Notes under the pieces: model-generated
What the model saw: the letters and a program-made list of their open reading frames with translations, nothing else
What the model was told of the DNA's origin: nothing
Databases searched by the model: none
Made by a program: the position numbers and the translations under genes
Source: Flavobacteriaceae bacterium
Lineage (GTDB): Bacteria > Bacteroidota > Bacteroidia > Flavobacteriales > Flavobacteriaceae
Assembly: GCA_013214625.1 (NCBI GenBank)
Contig: JABSPO010000007.1
Location: 7,805-71,804, forward strand
Direction of reading: 5' to 3'
DNA: 64,000 bases
Shown here: positions 1-9,415 of the stretch, in pieces
Layout: each line of letters starts with the position of its first letter
Numbering within the stretch: the stretch's first letter is position 1

Positions 1-428
1 TCAAAATCAGCATTCCAACTATGATCTACAGACGAAAACCCAATTGAAGGAATCCCTTCAATACCAGCTTCAATTGCAGCACTCATAGTGCCTGAATAAA
101 GCACATTAATAGCTGAATTAGAACCATGATTTATTCCTGAAACACATAAATCTGGCTTTCTATCTAAAATTTCATTTACTGCAAGTTTCACACAATCAGC
201 AGGAGTCCCAGAACAACTGTATTCTACTTGCGCCTCATCTTTTTTAGTCAACGCTTCAATATGTAAGGTAGAGTCTAATGTTATCGCATGCCCCATCCCG
301 CTTTGTGGACTATTTGGCGCTACAACATAAACATCACCAAACTCGTTCATCACCTCTATTAAAGCTCGAATTCCCGGAGCAGTAATTCCATCATCATTTG
401 TTACTAAAATAAGTGGTTTATCGCTCAT
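1..428 (-). CDS. surE: 5'/3'-nucleotidase SurE (partial; C-terminal part lies beyond the left edge)
   Basis: Reverse-strand translation from the ATG at 428-426 gives MSDKPLILVTNDDGITAPGIRALIEVMNEFGDVYVVAPNSPQSGMGHA..., the canonical SurE N-terminus. The frame stays open to position 1. It is absent from the ORF track because it is truncated. Confidence 0.85.
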   Translation of the reverse strand, partial: MSDKPLILVTNDDGITAPGIRALIEVMNEFGDVYVVAPNSPQSGMGHAITLDSTLHIEALTKKDEAQVEYSCSGTPADCVKLAVNEILDRKPDLCVSGINHGSNSAINVLYSGTMSAAIEAGIEGIPSIGFSSVDHSWNADF

Positions 429-433
429 TTTTT

Positions 434-441
434 TATATTTG
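434..441 (+). promoter_or_regulatory. Bacteroidota-type -7 box (TATATTTG), possible promoter of the S41 peptidase gene
   Basis: It matches TAnnTTTG and lies about 125 nt upstream of the ORF start. The motif is common by chance in AT-rich DNA. Confidence 0.35.
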
Positions 442-566
442 TTATTCAAATGCTAAAGTACAAAAATAGCTACTAATAAACCGCTATGCTCCTTTTAAGA
501 AAATTTTATGAGCAGATTAGTCACTTTGGCTTGATATTTTCAGTAACTTAGATACACAGACAGTTA

Positions 567-2729
567 ATGACACGATTTATGATAAAGAATTTCAAAATAG
601 CCACTCTGGTATGCTTAATTGCTATTACTTCTTGCAGTTTTACTACAAAGACATTTGACGACCCTAATAAAGATAAATTATTACTTGAACTAATTAGTTA
701 CGTTTTAGGACAATGGCACTATAGCCCGTCAGAAATAAATGATCAATTCTCAGAAAAAGTTTTTGACGATTTCGTTAACTCTCTTGACCCATTAAAAAGA
801 TACTTTTACCAATCTGACATTAAAGATTTTGAAAGGTACCGTACGGATATTGATGATCAGATAAAAAACAAAGACTTATCTTTTTTCAATTTAGTTTATG
901 GCAGACTGATGAAACGAATGAAAGAAGGTGAAAACTTATCTTTTGAATTAATTGAACAACCATTTGATTATTCTAAAGAGGAAGTGCTAAATACTGATTA
1001 TGAATCGCTCTCTTATGTGAGGTCAAAAAAAGAAATGAAAAACCGATGGAGAAAGCAATTGAAATATTCTACCATTGATAATTATGATGATGAATTAACC
1101 GAGGATACTGTAACAAACGACAGTATCATTTCCGATAAAAAAGCCCCAAAAAAGAAAATAAACAAAACAGCAGCTGAAAAAGAAGCTAGAGCTAAAACCA
1201 AAGAGTTTTTAGTAGATTATTACGACATCATGAGGGATTTGGAGCGCAAGGATTGGTTCTCCAATTATCTTAATTCCATAGTTGAAGTTTTTGATCCTCA
1301 TACTGCATATTACGCACCTAAAGACAAAGAACGTTTTGACCAAGACATGTCTGGTAAACTAGAAGGTATTGGTGCACGTTTACAAAAAAGAAATAACGAA
1401 GTGAAAATTATGTCGCTTATTTCTGGAGGACCTGCATGGAAAGGGAAAGAATTAGAAGCTGGAGATATCATCCTTAAAGTAGCACAAGAAAAAGATTTAG
1501 AACCAACAAGTATTGTTGGTATGCGATTAGATAATGCTATAAAACTAATTAAAGGACCTAAAGGAACCATAGTTAAACTTACTATTAAAAAAGTTGACGG
1601 AACCACTAAAGTTATTCAAATAGAAAGAGACATTGTACAGCTTGATGAAACATACGCTAAAAGCTCATTAATCAAAAAAGAAAACAGGACATTTGGAATT
1701 ATTAACCTTCCAAGGTTCTATGTTGACTTTAAGGATTATGATAAAAGTAGAAATGCGGCGTCTGATGTTAAAAAAGAAATCATCCGTTTGAAAAAAGCAG
1801 GAATGGAAGGCTTGGTGATTGATTTAAGAAACAACGGAGGAGGATCATTACAAACTGTTGTTGACATGACAGGACTATTCATTAAAGACGGACCAGTTGT
1901 ACAAGTAAAATCATCAGGAAAGAAAAAAGATGTTTTAAAAGACAATGATTCTAGTATAATTTGGGATGGCCCATTAGTGATCTTAGTAAACGAATTATCA
2001 GCTTCAGCTTCCGAAATTTTAGCAGCAGCTTTACAAGATTATAAACGAGCAATCATTATAGGTAGTGCTCAAACTTTCGGAAAAGGAACCGTTCAAAACG
2101 TAATGGACTTAAACAAATTTATGAGAAATAGTAGTTTTGGTGATGTTGGCGCATTAAAACTTACCACTCAAAAATTCTACCGAATTAACGGAGGTTCTAC
2201 ACAATTAGAAGGAGTAAAAAGCGATGTTGTTGTAGTTGACAGATACAGTTTTATTGACGTTGGAGAAAAAGATCAGGACAACCCATTACCTTGGGATAAA
2301 ATTGACCCTGCAAGCTACACTGTTTGGGATGGGTTTATCAATTACGAGGAAACAATAAGTAACAGTAAAGCTCGCATGAGCAACAACGCTCAATTACTAT
2401 TAATTGAAAAACAAGCTAGATGGATTAAAAAGCAATCTGATAAAAAAGAGGCTTCTTTAAACTACAGTGATTATTTAGCTGAGAAGAAAATCATAAAAAG
2501 TACTGGAAAACAATTTGATGCCATAGGGAAATATAAAGCAGACTTATCGTTCACTTCATTACCTTACGAAACTCGATTAATAGAAAAAGATTCTGTTTTA
2601 GGTAATAAAAGAAAAGATTGGCATAAATACTTAGCCAAAGATGTTTATATTGAGGAAGCTGTAAATGTTTTAGATGATTTACAAATCAATAATATTAAAA
2701 TTAAACAAAAAGTAGTTTTAAAAGACTAG
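567..2729 (+). CDS. S41-family C-terminal processing (tail-specific) peptidase
   Basis: 720-aa ORF with a signal/lipobox-like N-terminus (ITSCSF) and a PDZ-like region. S41 signatures are DLRNNGGG, SASASE (Ser) and FGKGTVQ (Lys). ATG 579 is an alternative start. Confidence 0.9.
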   Translation: MTRFMIKNFKIATLVCLIAITSCSFTTKTFDDPNKDKLLLELISYVLGQWHYSPSEINDQFSEKVFDDFVNSLDPLKRYFYQSDIKDFERYRTDIDDQIKNKDLSFFNLVYGRLMKRMKEGENLSFELIEQPFDYSKEEVLNTDYESLSYVRSKKEMKNRWRKQLKYSTIDNYDDELTEDTVTNDSIISDKKAPKKKINKTAAEKEARAKTKEFLVDYYDIMRDLERKDWFSNYLNSIVEVFDPHTAYYAPKDKERFDQDMSGKLEGIGARLQKRNNEVKIMSLISGGPAWKGKELEAGDIILKVAQEKDLEPTSIVGMRLDNAIKLIKGPKGTIVKLTIKKVDGTTKVIQIERDIVQLDETYAKSSLIKKENRTFGIINLPRFYVDFKDYDKSRNAASDVKKEIIRLKKAGMEGLVIDLRNNGGGSLQTVVDMTGLFIKDGPVVQVKSSGKKKDVLKDNDSSIIWDGPLVILVNELSASASEILAAALQDYKRAIIIGSAQTFGKGTVQNVMDLNKFMRNSSFGDVGALKLTTQKFYRINGGSTQLEGVKSDVVVVDRYSFIDVGEKDQDNPLPWDKIDPASYTVWDGFINYEETISNSKARMSNNAQLLLIEKQARWIKKQSDKKEASLNYSDYLAEKKIIKSTGKQFDAIGKYKADLSFTSLPYETRLIEKDSVLGNKRKDWHKYLAKDVYIEEAVNVLDDLQINNIKIKQKVVLKD

Positions 2730-2736
2730 TATATAA

Positions 2737-3846
2737 ATGTCAGAAAAATCAAGCTCACTAAGTAGTTTAGCGCTCCAAAAATTCAAACGAGATTTTTGGG
2801 GCGTTTTAAGTTTGGGGTACATCATTATTTGCGGAATCATTGCGGTTTTTGCTTATGCTTTCGCTCCAGATAACTCCCAAAATGCGAATCAAATGCATTT
2901 ATCTATCCACTCTAAACCTCCAGGTTTTACAACACAAATGCTTACACTTCCATCAGAAAACAAACTGGAGCAATCATTCTTTGATAAACTTTTTTTCGGA
3001 ACAAAAACACGAAGCACTGAACTGCCAATTTCAAATTACAGAATCCATAACAACCAATTGTTCATCACTCCATACTCAGAAATTGAAGCATCACAACTTG
3101 AAAAAGTGTTTGAGTTAAATACTTTTGGAACTATTTCAAACTGGAAGCAAATTACCAACAAATATATTGATTCAAAAACATTTTATTTAGGAACAGACAA
3201 ATACGGGCGAGATTTACTAAGTAGAATTTTGATAGGCGCTAGGATTTCCTTTTTTATCGGTTTTATAGCTGTGTTTATTTCTCTTGTTATAGGAATATTC
3301 GCTGGAGCATTAGCTGGTTACTATGGCGGGAAAATTGACGCATTTATAATGTGGATTATAAACATTTCTTGGTCTATTCCCACTTTATTATTAGTAATTG
3401 CAATTACATTAGCCTTAGGGAAAGGATTCTGGCAAGTATTTATAGCCGTTGGACTTACTATGTGGGTAGAAGTTGCAAGAGTTGTTAGAGGGCAAGTATT
3501 AGGTGTGAAAAAAATGCAATATGTAACTGCTGCTCGCGCACTAGGTTTTACTGATTTCAGAATAATATTTAAACACATATTACCGAATATTCTAGCGCCA
3601 GTAATTGTTATTTCTGCGGCTAATTTTGCTGGAGCCATATTAATTGAAAGTGGATTGAGTTTTTTGGGGATAGGTGCGCAACCACCTACTCCAAGTTGGG
3701 GTGCTATGATTAAGGATCATTATTCCTACATTATTCTAGGAAAGCCATACTTAGCTATTATCCCAGGTGTTGCAATTATGAGTTTAGTAATGGCTTTTAT
3801 GTTAATTGGTAACGCATTAAGAGATGCATTGGATGTCAAAAATTAA
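2737..3846 (+). CDS. ABC transporter permease, DppC/OppC-like
   Basis: 369-aa multi-TM protein. The loop ARALGFTDFRIIFKHILPN is typical of peptide/nickel-type ABC permeases. A long extracytoplasmic loop follows TM1. Confidence 0.8.
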   Translation: MSEKSSSLSSLALQKFKRDFWGVLSLGYIIICGIIAVFAYAFAPDNSQNANQMHLSIHSKPPGFTTQMLTLPSENKLEQSFFDKLFFGTKTRSTELPISNYRIHNNQLFITPYSEIEASQLEKVFELNTFGTISNWKQITNKYIDSKTFYLGTDKYGRDLLSRILIGARISFFIGFIAVFISLVIGIFAGALAGYYGGKIDAFIMWIINISWSIPTLLLVIAITLALGKGFWQVFIAVGLTMWVEVARVVRGQVLGVKKMQYVTAARALGFTDFRIIFKHILPNILAPVIVISAANFAGAILIESGLSFLGIGAQPPTPSWGAMIKDHYSYIILGKPYLAIIPGVAIMSLVMAFMLIGNALRDALDVKN

Positions 3847-4660
3847 TCCTATGAATCGCAAACAAATCTACACACTACTTAGTGTTATTGTCATCATTGC
3901 ATTTTACTTTTTAAACGATAAAGTAGATGAAAAGATAGCTGATGATAATTATAACGAAAAAGCAAGCCCTTCTTCAGAAACAAATACATTTTACCTGCCA
4001 ACCTCAACTACTGGCTATATTGTACATCATGACTACTATTCATTGTCATATAATGAAGATCATGAACAATCTGAATGGGTTGCTTATGAACTAAAAAAAA
4101 ATCATCTATCAAAAAACCGTTTTAAAAGACCTTATTTCATCAGAGACAAGAGTATAATAACAAAATCAGCTGATTGGAGAAGCTATAAAAATTCCGGTTA
4201 TGACAAAGGCCACCTGTGTCCTGCTGCAGATAGAAAGTTTTCCATAAAAGCACATGATGAAACTTTTTTAACATCCAATATATCGCCACAAAAACACGAT
4301 TTCAACGCTGGAGTATGGAACAGACTGGAGCAAAAAACTAGGTATTGGGCAAACAAGTACAATGGTGTATATGTTATTACTGGCGGTATTTTAAAGAGTG
4401 ATTTAAAAACTATAGGTCGTGAAAACGTAACCGTTCCTAATTATTTCTACAAAATATTGTTAGACAACCAAAATGGGAACACAAAAATGATTGCTTTTCT
4501 AATCCCTCATAAAGAGTCTAATAAACCTTTATATGAGTTTGTGGTATCGGTTGATAAAATTGAACAACTTACAGGAATAGATTTCTTCTCGAAATTGGAA
4601 GACAAAAAAGAAAACCGTTTAGAAGCAAATACCAATTACAAAAACTGGAGTTTTAGGTAG
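3824..4660 (+). CDS. DNA/RNA non-specific endonuclease (NucA/EndoG-like), secreted or membrane-anchored
   Basis: DKGHLCPAAD (a variant of the DRGH active-site motif), NISPQ and NAGVWNRLE motifs, plus an N-terminal TM/signal. It overlaps the upstream gene by 23 nt, so the real start may be ATG 3833 or 3851. Confidence 0.8.
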   Translation: MHWMSKINPMNRKQIYTLLSVIVIIAFYFLNDKVDEKIADDNYNEKASPSSETNTFYLPTSTTGYIVHHDYYSLSYNEDHEQSEWVAYELKKNHLSKNRFKRPYFIRDKSIITKSADWRSYKNSGYDKGHLCPAADRKFSIKAHDETFLTSNISPQKHDFNAGVWNRLEQKTRYWANKYNGVYVITGGILKSDLKTIGRENVTVPNYFYKILLDNQNGNTKMIAFLIPHKESNKPLYEFVVSVDKIEQLTGIDFFSKLEDKKENRLEANTNYKNWSFR

Positions 4661-4741
4661 GTAACCTTATTCTCTAAGAGATAAGCAACTTATATTAAAT
4701 ATCATTGCCATCCGAAAATTTTAAATAAAACTTAATTTATT

Positions 4742-4809
4742 GTCAGATTAAGCTTGTCGAAATCCATAAATGATTAGTTTTCATAAAACTTCGACAAGCT
4801 CAGTATGAC
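4742..4809. repeat. REP/MITE-like palindromic element
   Basis: The arms GTCAGATTAAGCTTGTCGAA (4742-4761) and TTCGACAAGCTCAGTATGAC (4790-4809) are imperfect reverse complements. A T7 run follows. Confidence 0.6.
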
Positions 4810-4968
4810 ATTTTTTTATTATAAGTAAACTACGTTTTTAATTTTCATTGCTAACAAAACACTATTCAAAGTGATTTTTTTTAGCACCTATCAACAAATT
4901 AACAACCTTTTAAATAGTCGTAATTACATATTATTTTGCGTTGTAAAAAAATACCTACTAAAAAATAA

Positions 4969-6225
4969 TTACCATTCATTAATCCTATTCGCATCTAGCT
5001 TAATGAATATGAATAATAAAATAGTGAAACCCCAGAGCCCAGAACCTCCATAACTAAAAAACGGTAACGGAATACCTACGGTTGGAAAAACCCCCATTAC
5101 CATAGCTATATTGATTAAAAAATGAACAAATAATATTGCAGCAACACTATACCCATACACTCTACTAAATTTTGATTTTTGTAAATCTGCTCTATGTAAT
5201 ACTCTTAATATCAGCGCTACAAAAAGGAATACCACAAAACTACTCCCTAAAAACCCCCATTCCTCACCAACAGTACTAAATATATAATCGGTATGTTGTT
5301 CTGGAACAAAACCTCCTTTAGTCTGAGTTCCTTGCAACCAACCTTTTCCTGTCCATCCTCCATTACCAATTGCAATTTCAGATTGTGCTGTATTATACCC
5401 TATACCCTTAGTATCAACTTCTTTCCCTAAAACGATATTGAAACGATCACGATGCCGTTGCTCAAATACATTCTCAAATATATAATTAACTGAATATGAT
5501 AAGCCAATACATAGCCCTAAAATAGCAACATACAATAATTTACTATGCTTCTTTTTTCTATTCTTAAAATAGATTAACAAGGCTATCACAGTACAAATAA
5601 GCGAAATCATCATCGGATCCAAAACCAATGTTAACACAAATAGCGTCGCACCGGAAAACCCTAATAACAAATAAATTGGCGACAATCCTTCCCTATATAG
5701 CACAAAGAAAAAAGCAGCATATACCATTGCACTTCCAGGATCCGGTTGTGGGATAATAATTAATGCCGGTAAAAATATGATTGCAAATATTTTAAGTAAG
5801 TGATTCAATAATTTAATATTCGTTTGCGTATCACTCATAAACTTAGCTAGCGCCAAAGCTGTAGCAAACTTTGCAAATTCACTTGGCTGAATACTAAAAC
5901 CTCCAAATGAATACCATGATGTTGCCCCTGAAATATTCTTTCCAAAAAGAAACAAACCAGCCAAGGATAACAATGAAACTAAATAAATAACACTTGAAAA
6001 TCGCTCATAAAACTTCGCTTCTATGGCGAGAATTAATATAATTAAGAAAATACTCAAGCCTATAAACACCTGTTGTCTTCCATGTGGTTGCGACATCATC
6101 CCTAGTGTTGAACCTTCAGTATAGGATGCTGAATAAATATTCAACCAACCTATAAATACCAATACAAAATAGATTAATATCATTAACCAGTCAATACGCA
6201 CTAATATGTTTCCTTTGTTACGCAT
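4969..6225 (-). CDS. rodA: Rod shape-determining protein RodA (SEDS family)
   Basis: 418-aa polytopic FtsW/RodA/SpoVE-type protein, last gene of the mreBCD-mrdA-rodA cluster. Its start overlaps the mrdA stop. Confidence 0.9.
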   Translation of the reverse strand: MRNKGNILVRIDWLMILIYFVLVFIGWLNIYSASYTEGSTLGMMSQPHGRQQVFIGLSIFLIILILAIEAKFYERFSSVIYLVSLLSLAGLFLFGKNISGATSWYSFGGFSIQPSEFAKFATALALAKFMSDTQTNIKLLNHLLKIFAIIFLPALIIIPQPDPGSAMVYAAFFFVLYREGLSPIYLLLGFSGATLFVLTLVLDPMMISLICTVIALLIYFKNRKKKHSKLLYVAILGLCIGLSYSVNYIFENVFEQRHRDRFNIVLGKEVDTKGIGYNTAQSEIAIGNGGWTGKGWLQGTQTKGGFVPEQHTDYIFSTVGEEWGFLGSSFVVFLFVALILRVLHRADLQKSKFSRVYGYSVAAILFVHFLINIAMVMGVFPTVGIPLPFFSYGGSGLWGFTILLFIFIKLDANRINEW

Positions 6226-8105
6226 TATCTAGGTCTGTTTCTGTTTATTTTAAAAGGCTCTCCACTGATAAAACTATCATATACATGTTGCAAACTTCCG
6301 TTTAACATTCTCACTTCTAAATCTTTTCTAGAGATAGTTCCTCGTAAATATTTTTCTATCATCAAACTGGCAATTGGTGCCGCCCATCTACTTCCCCAGA
6401 AACCATGCTCTACAAATACTGCTATTGCTATTTTTGGATTATCTTTTGGAGCAAAAGCAACAAAAACGGAATGATCATCTAACTGGGTTCGTACGCCATC
6501 AATTTTACCATATACTTCTGAGGTTCCTGTTTTACCACAAATTTCAATCCCTTTTATTCTTGCATAATACCCCGTACCTCCATTTTTTTCGTACACATCA
6601 AACATACCCTGGATCACAGGTTCAAAATGTTCTGGACTAATAGTTGTTACTCTTTTAGTTGTGAATTTTTTAGGCAACGTCCCTCCTTTTATGTTTTTTA
6701 CAATATGTGGTGTATAATAAAAACCTCTATTTGCAATAGCAGCAGTCATGTTAGCCAGTTGAATTGGTGTCGTTTCTACTTCACCTTGACCTATAGAATT
6801 TGAAATTATATAGGTACTACGTAATCTATTTTTACCATATGCGCCATTATAATATGCACTATCTGGAATACGTCCTTTATTCCCTACGGACAAATCGTTA
6901 TTCAAATAATTCCCTAACCCAAAACTCTTTGCGTGTTTACTCCATTTTTGTACGCCAATACTTGCATTCGGATATTTATTTAATATGTTTAAATACGTCT
7001 TCCCAAAATATGCATTACAGGAGGCGAAAATTGCTTTATTTAAGTTATTACTAGTCCCAGAAGGGCAATGACACCCAAATGGTTTCCTTGCTCCATAATG
7101 CAATCCATGCCTACAAGTAACTTTTGTGTTTTCATCAATAACTCCTTCCTCCAAAGCTATTAACGCATTTAGTAGTTTAAAAGGGGATCCTGGAGCATAT
7201 TGTCCTTGTAAACTTCTATCGAATAAAGGTTTTGCTATGGAATCTAAATACAATTTTGTAAAGTTTCTGGATCGTTGCCTTCCTACCAACAGCGCTGGGT
7301 TATAACTAGGTGCTGACACCAATGAAAGTATCTCTCCAGTTGAAGGTTCAATTGCTATGATCCCCCCACGCTTATTAGCCATTAATTCTTCTCCGTATTG
7401 TTGTAAAACAGCATCTATGGTTATTGTTATATCTTTTCCGTTTTCCGGTAAGGTATCTAATGTTCCGTTTTTATACGAACCTATATCTCTGTTAAACTTA
7501 TCTTTCTGAAGATACTTTACTCCCTTCTTCCCACGTAAGATTTTTTCATAAGATTTTTCAACTCCAGACTTCCCATATAAATCTCCTGACTGATAATATG
7601 GCTTATTTTTCACTTTTTGAGGAGTAACTTCTGCAATATACCCCAAAACATTAGCTCCAATTGTCGTTTGATAATCTCTCGCTGATCTTTTTTGAATATA
7701 AAACCCGGGGAATTTTCTGATTTTTTCCTGTAATGAAGCGTATTCTATTTTCGACATTTGCGCCACTACTGGAGAGGGCAACCTAGGAGAATAATGTCTT
7801 GCTTTTTTTAATTGCTTAATTAATCTTTCTTTATCAATAGCTAATAAATCACATAACTGTAGCGTGTCAAACGGTTTTACTTTACGCGGTATAACCATTA
7901 AATCATACGAAGGTTGATTTGCTACTAATAATTGTTGGTTTCGATCATACACATGTCCTCTTTCTGGATATACACGCATACGCTTATACGCATTACTTTC
8001 TGATTGAAGTTTAAAGCTGTCATCTATTACTTGCAAATAAAATAGTCGACCAACAAACAACAATCCTGTAATAATAACTAGGAGATAAAGTAACGCATTC
8101 CTCAT
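6225..8105 (-). CDS. mrdA: Penicillin-binding protein 2 (elongasome transpeptidase)
   Basis: 626 aa with an N-terminal TM. Transpeptidase motifs are SPFK (SxxK), SCN (SxN) and KTGT. It sits between mreD and rodA. Confidence 0.9.
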   Translation of the reverse strand: MRNALLYLLVIITGLLFVGRLFYLQVIDDSFKLQSESNAYKRMRVYPERGHVYDRNQQLLVANQPSYDLMVIPRKVKPFDTLQLCDLLAIDKERLIKQLKKARHYSPRLPSPVVAQMSKIEYASLQEKIRKFPGFYIQKRSARDYQTTIGANVLGYIAEVTPQKVKNKPYYQSGDLYGKSGVEKSYEKILRGKKGVKYLQKDKFNRDIGSYKNGTLDTLPENGKDITITIDAVLQQYGEELMANKRGGIIAIEPSTGEILSLVSAPSYNPALLVGRQRSRNFTKLYLDSIAKPLFDRSLQGQYAPGSPFKLLNALIALEEGVIDENTKVTCRHGLHYGARKPFGCHCPSGTSNNLNKAIFASCNAYFGKTYLNILNKYPNASIGVQKWSKHAKSFGLGNYLNNDLSVGNKGRIPDSAYYNGAYGKNRLRSTYIISNSIGQGEVETTPIQLANMTAAIANRGFYYTPHIVKNIKGGTLPKKFTTKRVTTISPEHFEPVIQGMFDVYEKNGGTGYYARIKGIEICGKTGTSEVYGKIDGVRTQLDDHSVFVAFAPKDNPKIAIAVFVEHGFWGSRWAAPIASLMIEKYLRGTISRKDLEVRMLNGSLQHVYDSFISGEPFKINRNRPR

Positions 8106-8605
8106 TCTTTCCTCTTACTAAATAATGTAACCAAAACTAAACATAATAACACCGTATATATACTACTAAACAATGTGTTCTTTAAACTAAATAATATAAA
8201 AGATAGGTTAAATGTTTCTAATAAAAACAACACCAAGTGATGTATTACTACTAAAATTGAAAAATACGCAAGCTTAGCCGCTATGGATACTTTAGATAGT
8301 TTTATAGTCTGAAATTCATAACTTCTACCAAACGAAAACTTTAATGCTTGCGGTCGTATATATGCAATTATTGTACAAGCAGCAGCATGAACTCCGCCTG
8401 AACTAAAGAAAAAATCTAAGCTCAACCCTAATAAAAAGCTGCTTAGTAAAAAAATTGCCCTATTAGATTTTATTGGAAATAGTATAATAAACAATACATA
8501 TATATAGGGTACATATGCACCAATACGCATGTTACTAAACACCAATACTTGTAATAAAACAAGAAGTATAAAAAAGAGTATTCGTAAAACAACTTCCTTA
8601 TTCAT
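8102..8605 (-). CDS. mreD: Rod shape-determining protein MreD
   Basis: 167-aa hydrophobic protein between mreC and mrdA, with 4- and 8-nt overlaps to its neighbours. Confidence 0.8.
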   Translation of the reverse strand: MNKEVVLRILFFILLVLLQVLVFSNMRIGAYVPYIYVLFIILFPIKSNRAIFLLSSFLLGLSLDFFFSSGGVHAAACTIIAYIRPQALKFSFGRSYEFQTIKLSKVSIAAKLAYFSILVVIHHLVLFLLETFNLSFILFSLKNTLFSSIYTVLLCLVLVTLFSKRKE

Positions 8606-9407
8606 TTGAGTTTGGATTTAAGAGTTGATTTACTTCTTTTAATGCTTTGTTGTTTACCACATATACATATCCAATATTTGACATGTCATTAAATAACTCC
8701 ACTTCAACATCAAAATAATTTTGTGTTTGATCTAAGGCTGCTTTTATAACCTTACCCACATAAATTCCTTGTGGAAAAATAGAATAGTTACCAGTAACAA
8801 TCGTATCATTTACTTTTACTGATGCTACTTTAGTAATATCTTCTAATTGGACTATAAAAGGAGACTCTCCATTCCAAAGCAAAGAACCAATGTGATTTGT
8901 TTTTTTTAATTGAACATTAATTTGAGATTGTATATGTAATACAGACAATACCGTAGAATAATTCTCCCCAACATTTTCGATAACCCCAACTATCCCATTA
9001 GTTGTAATCACTCCCATATCAGTAGTAACTCCATGCTTAGCCCCTTTATTAATAACAAGGATATTATTTTTTTTATGAAAACTATTTTCTATTAGTTTCG
9101 CGGGAATAAACTCATAAGGAACTTCTTTTAAATCATTTGCTGTGCTGTGAAAGCTATAATTACTTAATTCCTTTCGCAATCTAGCGTTCTCTTTTAACAA
9201 ACGTTCGTTATAATTGTCAAGGTTGATAAACTCATTAACGTGGTTTACTGACTCATACAATCCGCCAGTAATATCATTTGCAGCAGAAATAAATTTACTT
9301 TTATGATATCGGTGTGAGTGAATTGTAAGTGCTAAAGAAATCCCCAACAGTAAGATGAAAAACAAGAAGTTTTTTTTCTTTAATAAATACGAAATTACCT
9401 GTTGCAT
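8598..9407 (-). CDS. mreC: Rod shape-determining protein MreC
   Basis: 269 aa with an N-terminal TM, a coiled-coil segment (LLKENARLRKEL) and a beta-rich C-terminus. It lies directly downstream of mreB. Confidence 0.85.
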   Translation of the reverse strand: MQQVISYLLKKKNFLFFILLLGISLALTIHSHRYHKSKFISAANDITGGLYESVNHVNEFINLDNYNERLLKENARLRKELSNYSFHSTANDLKEVPYEFIPAKLIENSFHKKNNILVINKGAKHGVTTDMGVITTNGIVGVIENVGENYSTVLSVLHIQSQINVQLKKTNHIGSLLWNGESPFIVQLEDITKVASVKVNDTIVTGNYSIFPQGIYVGKVIKAALDQTQNYFDVEVELFNDMSNIGYVYVVNNKALKEVNQLLNPNSNE

Positions 9408-9415
9408 TGGTCACG

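Noticed and set aside
1310-1606. Short ORFs lying antisense or out of frame inside long, well-supported genes. Examples: 1310-1606, 1736-1945, 2840-3118, 3321-3638, 6374-6640, 6800-7054, 9873-10268, 11801-11992, 13111-13302, 15372-15560, 17525-17887, 19056-19481, 21024-21314, 21369-21569, 21838-22101, 22479-22661, 23629-23973, 24133-24375, 25657-25863, 28073-28369, 29636-30067, 31124-31471, 32365-32550, 34570-34800, 36668-36868, 38298-38516, 38814-39053, 39339-39566, 43560-43781, 45868-46293, 48814-49020, 49793-49990, 52809-53006, 57963-58184, 59157-59507 and 59679-59987.
   Set aside because: Each is fully or largely embedded in a longer ORF with recognisable family motifs on the other strand or frame. 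Their translations are low-complexity, typical of AT-rich shadow ORFs.
4871-5053. A 60-aa plus-strand ORF in the region downstream of rodA.
   Set aside because: It overlaps the 3' end of rodA antisense and has AT-rich, low-complexity sequence with no signal features.
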